Below, piece by piece: positions 1-7,874 of a DNA stretch of 32,000 nucleotides. Numbering within the stretch: the stretch's first letter is position 1; every line of letters begins with the position of its first letter. Position numbers and translations under genes: made by a program. The notes beneath the pieces are model-generated. The model was not told the origin of the DNA. It made no database searches and saw only the letters and a list, made by a program, of their open reading frames with translations. The DNA lies in the NCBI GenBank assembly GCA_030167145.1, contig CP126532.1, forward strand, positions 2,640,001 to 2,672,000. The letters are read 5' to 3'. This DNA comes from Ktedonobacterales bacterium (GTDB taxonomy: Bacteria > Chloroflexota > Ktedonobacteria > Ktedonobacterales > JADMIN01).

Positions 1-63
1 GTGCGCCCGCCGCTGATCTCATGCCGTAGCGTATCACATGGCGGCGCGGGGGCAGACGCCCGA

Positions 64-3000
64 CTATGGCGCGACGCCCAGCCGCCGCAGCGCCCCGCGC
101 ACATCTTCGGCGTCGGGGGATTCGACCTGCACGAAGCGGCGCAGCGCCTCGCGGTAGTGCGCGATGGCGCCGCTGCGGTTGCGGGCATCTTCGTCGAGCA
201 CAGCAAGAAACCGATGACAATAGCCGATCCCCTGAATGTCGCTCAGGCGCTCGCAGATGCTGAGGCTTTGCTCGATCATGGCGCTGCCTCGCTCTGGCTC
301 GCCTTGCTTGCGAGCCAGGAATACGCCGAAATTGCGTAGCTCATTGGATTCAGCGGCGGGATCATTGAGTTGCCGCGCTAACTCAATGGCACGCTCGTAC
401 ATCGTTCGCGCTTCGCTGAGGCGACCCTCTTGCGAGTTCAGCACCGCCAGTTCATGCACCTCGGCACGCTCCGCCGCCGGGTCGCCCAACTGTTGGGCCA
501 GCGCCAGCGCCCGCGCGTAGCCCGCCCGCGCCTCGGCCAGCCGTCCAGTCTTGCTGTCGAGCACCGCCAGTTCATGCACCTCGGCACGCTCCGCCGCCGG
601 GTCGCCCAACTGTTGGGCCAGCGCCAGCGCCCGCGCGTAGCCCGCCCGCGCCTCGGCCAGCCGTCCGGTTTGCGCGTCGAGCACCGCCAGTTCATGCACC
701 TCGGCACGCTCCGCCGCCGGGTCGCCCAACTGTTGGGCCAGCGCCAGCGCCCGCGCGTAGCCCGCCCGCGCCTCGGCCAGCCGTCCGGTTTGCGCGTCGA
801 GCACCGCCAGGGCATGCACCTCGGCTTGCTCCGCCGCCGGGTCGCCCAACTGTTGGGCCAGCGCCAGCGCCCGCGCGTAGCCCGCCCGCGCCTCGGCCAG
901 CCGTCCGGTTTGCGCGTCGAGCACCGCCAGCCCATGCACCTCGGCTTGCTCCGCCGCCGGGTCGCCCAACTGTTGGGCCAGCGCCAGCGCCCGCGCGAAG
1001 CCCGCCCGCGCCTCGGCCAGCCGTCCAGTCTTGCTGTCGAGCACCGCCAGCCCATGCACCTCGGCTTGCTCCGCCGCCGGGTCGCCCAACTGTTGGGCCA
1101 GCGCCAGCGCCCGCGCGTAGCCCGCCCGCGCCTCGGCCAGCCGTCCAGTCTTGCTGTCGAGCACCGCCAGCCCATGCACCTCGGCTTGCTCCGCCGCCGG
1201 GTCGCCCAACTGTTGGGCCAGCGCCAGCGCCCGCGCGTAGCCCGCCCGCGCCTCGGCCAGCCGGCCTAATCGCCCTAGAGTTATCGCGCGACTATGCTCC
1301 ATATATTGGACTTCCGCCTTATCGTCCAATGATTGTGCCGCTTCCAGCGCCAGCGTATCTATGTGGAGTTCCTCGTCTCGTCGTCCTCGTGTGTCCCATG
1401 CTCGTCCCAAGGTCTTCGCCAGTGCTAGCACGTCGCGGTGGCGGGCGTGGTCGTGTGCCCAGGTGAGCGCGCCCATCAGGCCGGGCGCTTCGGCTTCGAG
1501 CGCGTCCATGCCGTCGTAGCCGGGATGCGCGCGGGCGTAGGCGAGCCAGTAGGCGATGAGGGTGTCGCCGAGACGGTCAGCGGTGGGGGTGGGGAGTTGG
1601 CGCAGGCGGGCGGCGGCGTACTCGCGCAGCAGTGGATGCAGGCGCAGGCGCGGGCCGGTGGCGCTGGCGAGCGGCTCGACCAAGCGCAGGGTGACGAGCG
1701 CGGCGACGGCGGCTTCGGCGTCAGCGGCAGTAGTGGGCACGGGCGGCGACGGGTCTGGCTGGTCCGGCTGGCCTGGTATGTCCAGGGTGGCGAGGGCGAG
1801 CGCGGCGGCGCGGGGGAAGCTGGGGCCGCTGATGAGCGCGAGACCGGCGAAGAGGCGCTGCTGCGCAGGAGTGAGCACATCCCAGGAGCGGTCGAAGCGC
1901 GAGACGATGGCCTTGCGGGGATTGCTCTTGAAGGCGGCGGCGTTGATGCCGTCGCGGGCATGCTGTGCGCGGATGTCGGGCAGGGAGAGACCTTGCACAC
2001 CGGCATAGGCGGCGGTCAGCTCGATGGCCAGCGGCAGACCGCCCAACTCTTCGACGATGGCGTCTAGCTCTGGGCGCTCCTCGGCGGTGGGGCGTGCGCC
2101 CTCGGTGTTCTGCGCGAGGATACGGGCGAACATCTCGGCGGCGGGCACATCGTCCAAGGGGGAGAGCACGAGCGGCGTGAGGCGGGCATCGGGGATGGCG
2201 TCGCGGGCGGTGAGCAGCAGGGCGACGTGGCCGGGGACGGCGAGGGCATCGAGCAGCGCGGCGGCGGGCAGCGCAGGCTCGACGTTATCGAGGGCGATGA
2301 GGGTGCGCGGGCGTTCGGCGAGCGCGTCGGTGAGGGCGACCCGGCGGGTGTCGGGGTCGGCCACTTCGGCGATCTGGCGGAGTTGTAGTTCTTCGGCGAC
2401 GCGCCGCCAGAGTTCGGCGAGGCCGCTGGCTCCGGCGAGGTCTTCGCAGGAGATCCAGGCGAAGCCGCCGGGGAAGTCATCGGCATGGGATTCGGCGAGG
2501 CGGGCGACGGCTTCGGCGGCGAGGGCGGTCTTGCCGACACCGGCGATACCCTCGATGGCGAAGACGCCAACGGGGGCGCTGGCGGCGGTAAGCGCGGTGG
2601 CGAGCTTCTCTAGCTTGTCGTCGCGGCCCAGGAGTCCGGCGGCGCGAGGCAGGCCGGAGCGCGCGGCGATGATGCTGGGGACGGCGGGTGCGCTGGGCTG
2701 CGGCAGGTGGCGGAGGAGATAACTGGTGATGGCGGAGACGACCTGTTTGGCGAGGTTATCGGGCGTGGTGAAATAGCCGGGGGTATGGAGATCGGGATTG
2801 GCGAGGTGCGCGCGGAAGGCGTGGAGTTGCGCGGCGTGTTCGTGGTCGCGCAGGGCGACGGGGAAGAGGCTGTAGTTCTCTTCGGTGGCGGAATCGGCGA
2901 GGAAGACGAAGATGGGCTTTTTCAGTCGTACCGCCTCCTCGTATTCCTGGTGAGTGATGGAACGGGTCTCGCCAGGGGGAATAGTGGGGATGGAGCCGTA

Positions 3001-3693
3001 GCGCCAGGCGACGATGAGCACGACATACTCGGCTGAGTCGAGTTTGTCAGTGGAGACGGTGGCGGCGGCTTCGCCGGCGGCGAACTGAGCCATATCCACG
3101 ACGTACTGTTCGGTGCTTTCGAGGCTGTCATGCACGACACGGCGGTATTCGATGAGATCTATATACGTGGAACTGAGGAAGATGCGGCGGGTGATGCTGG
3201 TAGGCTGCGGGACGACGGGCGCAGGCGCGGGTAGCGTGTCGCGCACGGCCTTGGCGGTGGCGGCAGGGATGTCGGCAATATCGGCGCGCATGGCGGCGTT
3301 CTGGCCTTCGATACGCGCGACGCCCGTCTGAGTAGCGGCCCCCTGGTCTTCGATGCGGTCCAGCGCGGCGGGGATGCCAGCGTTGGCGGCGAGCTGCGAT
3401 TGTCTGGCGCGGAAGGCGAGCAGGGTGAGCCAGCCCATGAAGATCAGCAGCAGCGATTCGAGCGCGACGCAGGCGGCCTGGAGCAACGGCGATTGCTGGC
3501 GCAGCCAGTCGAAGAAGCTGGGGAGAGCGGAGAGCAGCGGCGGGGCGGCGTGCGCGCCGAGATACTGGGCCGCGCCAAAGGCAAAGTAGACGGCGAAGGT
3601 CCACCAGAGCAGCAGCAGCGCCCGCGCGAGCCAGTGGGCTAGGCCGGTGGGAGCGCGGGTGGCCGGTCGGGTTTCGGTCTGGATGGTGGTCAT
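64..3693 (-). CDS. Membrane-anchored STAND/NLR-like NTPase: 2 N-terminal TM helices + DUF4062 (TIR-like fold) + NB-ARC-type P-loop NTPase + C-terminal TPR array
   Basis: 1209-aa ORF with GAGGAGGG RBS just upstream of the ATG at 3693. Hydrophobic helices LLLLWWTFAVYFAFGAA and LESLLLIFMGWLTLLAF. DUF4062-like block RRIFLSSTYIDLIEYRRVV...YVVLIVAWRYGSIP...THQEYEEAVRLKKPIFVFL. Walker A GIAGVGKTALA and Walker B-like TLIALDNVE. Then about 9 TPR-like 40-aa repeats. Confidence 0.85.
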   Translation of the reverse strand: MTTIQTETRPATRAPTGLAHWLARALLLLWWTFAVYFAFGAAQYLGAHAAPPLLSALPSFFDWLRQQSPLLQAACVALESLLLIFMGWLTLLAFRARQSQLAANAGIPAALDRIEDQGAATQTGVARIEGQNAAMRADIADIPAATAKAVRDTLPAPAPVVPQPTSITRRIFLSSTYIDLIEYRRVVHDSLESTEQYVVDMAQFAAGEAAATVSTDKLDSAEYVVLIVAWRYGSIPTIPPGETRSITHQEYEEAVRLKKPIFVFLADSATEENYSLFPVALRDHEHAAQLHAFRAHLANPDLHTPGYFTTPDNLAKQVVSAITSYLLRHLPQPSAPAVPSIIAARSGLPRAAGLLGRDDKLEKLATALTAASAPVGVFAIEGIAGVGKTALAAEAVARLAESHADDFPGGFAWISCEDLAGASGLAELWRRVAEELQLRQIAEVADPDTRRVALTDALAERPRTLIALDNVEPALPAAALLDALAVPGHVALLLTARDAIPDARLTPLVLSPLDDVPAAEMFARILAQNTEGARPTAEERPELDAIVEELGGLPLAIELTAAYAGVQGLSLPDIRAQHARDGINAAAFKSNPRKAIVSRFDRSWDVLTPAQQRLFAGLALISGPSFPRAAALALATLDIPGQPDQPDPSPPVPTTAADAEAAVAALVTLRLVEPLASATGPRLRLHPLLREYAAARLRQLPTPTADRLGDTLIAYWLAYARAHPGYDGMDALEAEAPGLMGALTWAHDHARHRDVLALAKTLGRAWDTRGRRDEELHIDTLALEAAQSLDDKAEVQYMEHSRAITLGRLGRLAEARAGYARALALAQQLGDPAAEQAEVHGLAVLDSKTGRLAEARAGYARALALAQQLGDPAAEQAEVHGLAVLDSKTGRLAEARAGFARALALAQQLGDPAAEQAEVHGLAVLDAQTGRLAEARAGYARALALAQQLGDPAAEQAEVHALAVLDAQTGRLAEARAGYARALALAQQLGDPAAERAEVHELAVLDAQTGRLAEARAGYARALALAQQLGDPAAERAEVHELAVLDSKTGRLAEARAGYARALALAQQLGDPAAERAEVHELAVLNSQEGRLSEARTMYERAIELARQLNDPAAESNELRNFGVFLARKQGEPERGSAMIEQSLSICERLSDIQGIGYCHRFLAVLDEDARNRSGAIAHYREALRRFVQVESPDAEDVRGALRRLGVAP
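430..1265. repeat. Seven head-to-tail, near-identical 120-bp tandem repeats (coding, in frame; 40-aa TPR-like units of the STAND protein)
   Basis: Direct reading: the 60-nt half-unit gtcgcccaactgttgggccagcgccagcgcccgcgcgtagcccgcccgcgcctcggccag recurs at 481, 601, 721, 841, 961, 1081 and 1201, with one substitution in the 961 copy. The other half-unit differs only in three small patches. Confidence 0.95.
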
Positions 3694-3808
3694 GCCGCCC
3701 TCCTCACACTCTGGGTGGATGCCGCGTCTGGTTGACGCAGGCTTGCGGGCAGGATAACAGATTCTAGCGAGAATCGCAAGTACGGGCAGGTGAATGTAAC
3801 GACAAAAC

Positions 3809-3832
3809 GGGCATCCGCCGGACGCCCCTACG
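3809..3832. repeat. REP-like hairpin element (gggcatcc-gcc-ggacgccc-ctacg), inverted copy of the family seen at 10067-10091
   Basis: 8-nt arms with 3-nt loop followed by CTACG. Reverse complement is cgtag-gggcgtcc-ggc-ggatgccc, near identical to 10068-10091. Confidence 0.6.
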
Positions 3833-3962
3833 CATGGTGGTGATCGTGGAATCCGCTGTCGCGGGTTGGGGCCGCCGAGACGGCGGCGGCATATGGGTGC
3901 GCTGCTTGCCCAGCGCCGGTATACTGGTGACGGTGCCGATCAGCGAGGAGGGAGTGTCAGCG

Positions 3963-5531
3963 ATGCCCGAAGAGACGGCTGAAGATCCAGCGTTGCCCGC
4001 GCGGCCTGCCAGCGACGACCGCGATGGATGGGCGGCGTATTGGCAGGAGCAGGGGCAGCCCTGGCGTACCGAGCCAGAGATTGACGGCGAGCGGCAGCGG
4101 GTGCTCGCGGCGCGGCGCGATCAGCCACACGGCAACACGGCGGCTGCGCCCTTCGCGGGCATCGAGCCAGGGTTGACGCGAGCGGACATCGAATGGCTGC
4201 TGGCGGCGCACGAGGATGGACGCGGGCCGGTGGACTGGCGCGACGAGCGCCAGCGCACACGCGCGGGGCTGGACCTGCGCGGCGCGCAGCTTGCGGGCGC
4301 GCATCTGGCGGGGCTGCCACTGGCGCGGCTGCGCGCGGGGCTGACCTCGGATGAATGGCGCAACGCCAGCGCGCGGCGCATGGAAGGCGCGGCGGGCCAT
4401 TTCGAGCGCGCGGACCTGACCGGCGCGCAGCTAGAGGGCGCGGTGCTGGAAGGCGTGCATTTGGAGGGCGCGCGGCTGCGTGGCGCGGCGCTGGAACAGG
4501 CGAACCTCAGCTTCGTCTTGCTCGAAGGCGCGACACTCTCCGAGGCGAATCTGGAGCGCGCGGACCTGACCGGCGCGCATATGGACGGCGCGATGCTCCC
4601 CGATGCGCGGCTGGCGGGGGCGACGCTGACCCGCGCGATGCTGGCGGGCGCGGATCTCTCCGACGCGCACCTGGAGGGCGCGCGGTTGGTGGCGGCGCGG
4701 CTCGGCGGGCGCACGCTGGAGGACGCGGCGCTGGCGCGGATTCGGCGCGGCTGGCCCGATGCGCCCGCAACGCTCCCTGGCGCGAACCTCTGCGGCGCAT
4801 TCTTCGACAACGCCACCGCGCTGGATGAAGCGGCGCTGGGCGACGAGACGGCGGAGGGTGGTGTGGCGCTGGCGGATCTGCGCTGGGGCGGCGCGAATCT
4901 GGCGGTGATAGATTGGGCGCTGCTGAAGACGCTGGGCGACGAACGCGAGGCCCGCGAAGCCGCGCACACCGGCAATAAGCCGAAGGATGACGCGCTGCGC
5001 CTCGCCGAATATCGCACCGCCGTCCGCGCGAATCGCCAGCTTGCCGTCGCGCTGCGCGAGCAGGGGCTGAACGAAGAGGCCGACCGCTTCGCTTATCGCG
5101 CGCATACCTTGCAACGCGCGGTGTATCTGCGCCAGGCGCTGCGGTCCAGCGCTCCGCGTGGGCGGCCGGGGGCGCGGCGCAGCGAGATCGGCCAGCGGCT
5201 GCTGCGCTTCGGCCAGTATGTGTTCTCGCTCTTCCTCGACGCGCTGGCTGGCTATGGCTATCGCCCCGGACGCAGCCTCGTGGCGTACATCGGATCGCTA
5301 GTGGTCTTCGCCGCGCTCTACTACGTCGTCGGGCAGCATACCGGCGCGCGGCTGGATGCCGTCGAAGCGATCTCGCTCAGCATCAACTCGTTTCATGGGC
5401 GCGGCTTCTTCCCCGGCACCGTGACGCCCAGCGACGCGGTGACCCTGCTGACGGCGGTGCAGGCGATCCTGGGGCTGGTGATCGAAATCAGCTTCATCGC
5501 CACCTTCACGCAGCGGTTCTTCGGGCGCTGA
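3963..5531 (+). CDS. Pentapeptide-repeat protein with C-terminal 2-TM pore-loop-like membrane domain
   Basis: ATG at 3963 preceded by GAGGAGGGAG RBS. The longer ORF from 3834 overlaps the REP-like element and reads as non-protein-like. Long run of A(D/N)LxG-type pentapeptides (ADLTGAQLEGAVLEGVHLEGARLRGAALEQANLSFVLLEGATLSEANLERADLTGAHMDGAML...). C-terminus has two hydrophobic helices flanking SINSFHGRGFFPG. Confidence 0.8.
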   Translation: MPEETAEDPALPARPASDDRDGWAAYWQEQGQPWRTEPEIDGERQRVLAARRDQPHGNTAAAPFAGIEPGLTRADIEWLLAAHEDGRGPVDWRDERQRTRAGLDLRGAQLAGAHLAGLPLARLRAGLTSDEWRNASARRMEGAAGHFERADLTGAQLEGAVLEGVHLEGARLRGAALEQANLSFVLLEGATLSEANLERADLTGAHMDGAMLPDARLAGATLTRAMLAGADLSDAHLEGARLVAARLGGRTLEDAALARIRRGWPDAPATLPGANLCGAFFDNATALDEAALGDETAEGGVALADLRWGGANLAVIDWALLKTLGDEREAREAAHTGNKPKDDALRLAEYRTAVRANRQLAVALREQGLNEEADRFAYRAHTLQRAVYLRQALRSSAPRGRPGARRSEIGQRLLRFGQYVFSLFLDALAGYGYRPGRSLVAYIGSLVVFAALYYVVGQHTGARLDAVEAISLSINSFHGRGFFPGTVTPSDAVTLLTAVQAILGLVIEISFIATFTQRFFGR

Positions 5532-5584
5532 GGCATAATGAGAGCAACACGCCTTCACCTCGCAATGGAAGAGCAGGGAATACC

Positions 5585-5899
5585 ATGGCCTATTCGATCA
5601 CCTTGACGGACGCAGAATACGCGGCGCTGGCGGCTGAGTCGGCGGCGCGCGGCACAACGATAGACGCGCTGGTGCATCAGACGCTGGCCGAACGCGCCAG
5701 CGCGCCCACCCCAGCTAAACAACCGATGACCGATGACGAATTCGAGCAACTGCTGTTTCGCAAGGGCATCATCGTGGCTATTCCAACAGGCGAACTAGAC
5801 TCGCCAGACGAAGAGGATGAGCTTGATGAGATAGCTCAGCGCGTTGGGCCAGGTAAGCCAGCTTCGGAAATGATAATCGAAGATCGGGGGCCGCGTTGA
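5585..5899 (+). CDS. Small RHH/antitoxin-like protein
   Basis: 104 aa. N-terminus MAYSITLTDAEYAALAAESAARGTTIDALVHQTL resembles a ribbon-helix-helix beta-strand plus helices. Acidic middle and C-terminal ...PASEMIIEDRGPR tail are typical of VapB-style antitoxins. Stop TGA overlaps the next ATG (TGATG). Confidence 0.55.
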   Translation: MAYSITLTDAEYAALAAESAARGTTIDALVHQTLAERASAPTPAKQPMTDDEFEQLLFRKGIIVAIPTGELDSPDEEDELDEIAQRVGPGKPASEMIIEDRGPR

Positions 5900-6579
5900 T
5901 GGCGAACACCCCTGCGAATCAGCCAGCCAGCAAAGCGCCATTTCATCTGAAAGAACCGGGGCCCAGCGTCACCCAGATACTCATTGCTACCGCCGGCACG
6001 CTGCTGATCGGCGTGCTGTATTACGTGCTGCCTGATTCCATTCGACTGGGGCCGCCGTGGCTGCTGTTGGTGTTGCTGGCGCTGCTGGCGATTCCGCCAG
6101 CAGTCTGGGTGCTCGTCCGGCGGCAGCGGATGCCGTATCGCACGGCGCGGACGCTGGCGATTGCGCTGCTGGTGGTGCTGACCGTCGCGCTGATCGGCTC
6201 GGTGGAGCAACTGCTGCGCTTCCTGCCAAACGCCACCGCCGCCCAGCTCTTGCGGCCGGGCGCGCTGCTCTGGATCAGCAATATATTGGTCTTCGCGGTG
6301 TGGTACTGGGAGACCGACGGCGGCGGACCTGGGAAGCGTCACCATCGCGGCCACCGGGCGGTTGACTTCCAATTTCCGCAGCAGGCCGACGGCAACACCA
6401 CGCATTGGGCCTCCGGCTTTGTTGACTACCTCTTCCTCGCCTTCTGCACGGCCACCGCGTTCAGCCCTACCGATACCATGCCGCTCACGCACCGCGCCAA
6501 GCTGCTGATGATGATCCAATCCGTCATCTCGCTGCTGATCCTCGGCGTGCTGATCGCCCGCACCGTCAATATCATCTGA
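5899..6579 (+). CDS. DUF1345-like polytopic membrane protein
   Basis: About 226 aa with 4-5 hydrophobic helices. C-terminal FVDYLFLAFCTATAFSPTDTMPLTHRAKLLMMIQSVISLLILGVLIARTVNII resembles the DUF1345 signature as I recall it. ATG at 5899 overlaps the upstream stop by 1 nt. Confidence 0.65.
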   Translation: MANTPANQPASKAPFHLKEPGPSVTQILIATAGTLLIGVLYYVLPDSIRLGPPWLLLVLLALLAIPPAVWVLVRRQRMPYRTARTLAIALLVVLTVALIGSVEQLLRFLPNATAAQLLRPGALLWISNILVFAVWYWETDGGGPGKRHHRGHRAVDFQFPQQADGNTTHWASGFVDYLFLAFCTATAFSPTDTMPLTHRAKLLMMIQSVISLLILGVLIARTVNII

Positions 6580-6717
6580 TACGTGCCCACCACTGCCATG
6601 CACTCTTGTCACGCCGTGCTATGCTTATAATGCTTCCCATAGTGAAGCATTGCGGCGTGCGCGGGATTTTCCGTCGCGCGCAAGTGACAATCGTGTGGAA
6701 TGCAGGTGAGGGAACGC

Positions 6718-7320
6718 ATGGCTATTTCGTCGGAACGCTTCGCGCAGGGCATGACGGTAGATCAATATAAGGAACAGATGACGCGCAACCGCGAGCAATT
6801 CGCGGAGAATGAGCGCCGCGTGGCGCTGCGCCCAGAGGATCGCGCGTTCTTCGCGCAACTGCGCCAGCCGCTGAATATCGCGGTGATCACCGAAGATTGG
6901 TGCGGCGATGCGCTGGCCAATGTGCCCGTGCTGGCGCGCGTGGCCCAGGAAACCGGCAAGCTCAACCTACGGCTCTTCCTGCGCGACCAGAATCTCGACC
7001 TGATTGACCAGTATCTCAAAGAGGGCAAATACCGCTCGATTCCCGTCTTCGTCATCCTCGACGAGCAGATGAACGATCTGGGCCACTTCATCGAACGCCC
7101 CGCCCGCGCCACCGCCGAAATGGCTGCTCTTCGCACGCGCCTCGCCGTCGAACATCCCGAGCTACCCGACCTGAGCGGCCCCTCCGACGACATGAGCGAG
7201 CAGGCGCGCACGCTCTACTTCGATGCGCTCAAGGCGCTCCGCGCGGAACGCCGCGACGCCTGGAACGCGATGCTGCTCGACGACATCCGCACGCTGCTGG
7301 CCGTTGCCGTCACGCGCTAA
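6718..7320 (+). CDS. Thioredoxin-fold family protein (Thioredoxin_9-like, WCGD motif)
   Basis: ATG at 6718 preceded by GGTGAGGGAA. VITEDWCGDALANVPVLARV redox-motif context; IPVFVILDE; about 200 aa. Confidence 0.8.
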   Translation: MAISSERFAQGMTVDQYKEQMTRNREQFAENERRVALRPEDRAFFAQLRQPLNIAVITEDWCGDALANVPVLARVAQETGKLNLRLFLRDQNLDLIDQYLKEGKYRSIPVFVILDEQMNDLGHFIERPARATAEMAALRTRLAVEHPELPDLSGPSDDMSEQARTLYFDALKALRAERRDAWNAMLLDDIRTLLAVAVTR

Positions 7321-7354
7321 CGCCCATACCGCGTATACAACGCACATAGCGCCG

Positions 7355-7393
7355 CCCCCGCGCCCTGGCCGCAGGGCGCGGGGGTGTATGTTG
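7355..7393 (+). terminator. Putative intrinsic terminator after the thioredoxin-like gene
   Basis: Perfect 12-bp stem CCCCCGCGCCCT (7355-7366) / AGGGCGCGGGGG (7373-7384) with 6-nt loop, followed by tgtatgttg (only a weak U tract). Confidence 0.5.
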
Positions 7394-7874
7394 CCCCCGC
7401 GCACGCTCGTCCACAGACATCACCACCATTGGATACACAATTTATACGTTGACGTGCGCCCAAACGTCTGGTAAAACGTGACAGGATTGGACATAACGTT
7501 TGCAGGTCAACCGCCTTGTGGAGGATTGAGGCGGAGAGAACCAGTGGCATGGAGGGATTCTATGCCGATAGCGCTGGTAGCGTGGGGCCATCGCGTCTCT
7601 GGCAGCGGCCAGGTTTCACCTTCCGCCCCGCGCACCTGGCCAGTAACCTGACGTTGCTGCTGGCGCGAAAGTTGCCGCATGTCATGTGGCCTCTTTCATG
7701 CTTCTGTGTCTGTTGAGTCACAAGCGCGACGTACAACTGGATACATCGTGCGCGCGACGAACCACGCGCAACACATCGGGCAGCGTATTTATGTACGCCA
7801 ACTTGTTGCTACTATCGCCTCGTTACACCGCGTAGATATTCCGCTATTTTCGTGCGAGAGGAGATATATAGGGA

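Noticed and set aside
1-339. 112-aa (+) ORF at the window start
   Set aside because: It is antisense to the well-supported C-terminus of the STAND gene and has no RBS or recognisable motif.
430-1265. Possible CRISPR array (regular near-identical repeats)
   Set aside because: The repeats are contiguous with no spacers, are 120 bp long, and are in frame within a protein-coding gene. No cas genes are present.
430-1269. 279-aa (+) ORF and 245-aa alternative-frame (-) ORF lying entirely inside the 120-bp repeat array
   Set aside because: They are periodic Arg/Gln/Pro-rich shadow frames of the TPR-coding frame in high-GC repeated DNA. The minus-strand frame continuous with the NB-ARC domain is the real one.
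3834-3962. Upstream start (3834) for the pentapeptide-repeat gene
   Set aside because: The extension begins inside the REP-like element and lacks an RBS. The ATG at 3963 has a strong GAGGAGGGAG.
7549-7716. Cys-rich 55-aa sORF as the RiPP precursor of the radical SAM/SPASM enzyme
   Set aside because: It lies 19 kb away in a different transcription unit, and coding potential is weak. It is kept only as a note within the intergenic-region finding.
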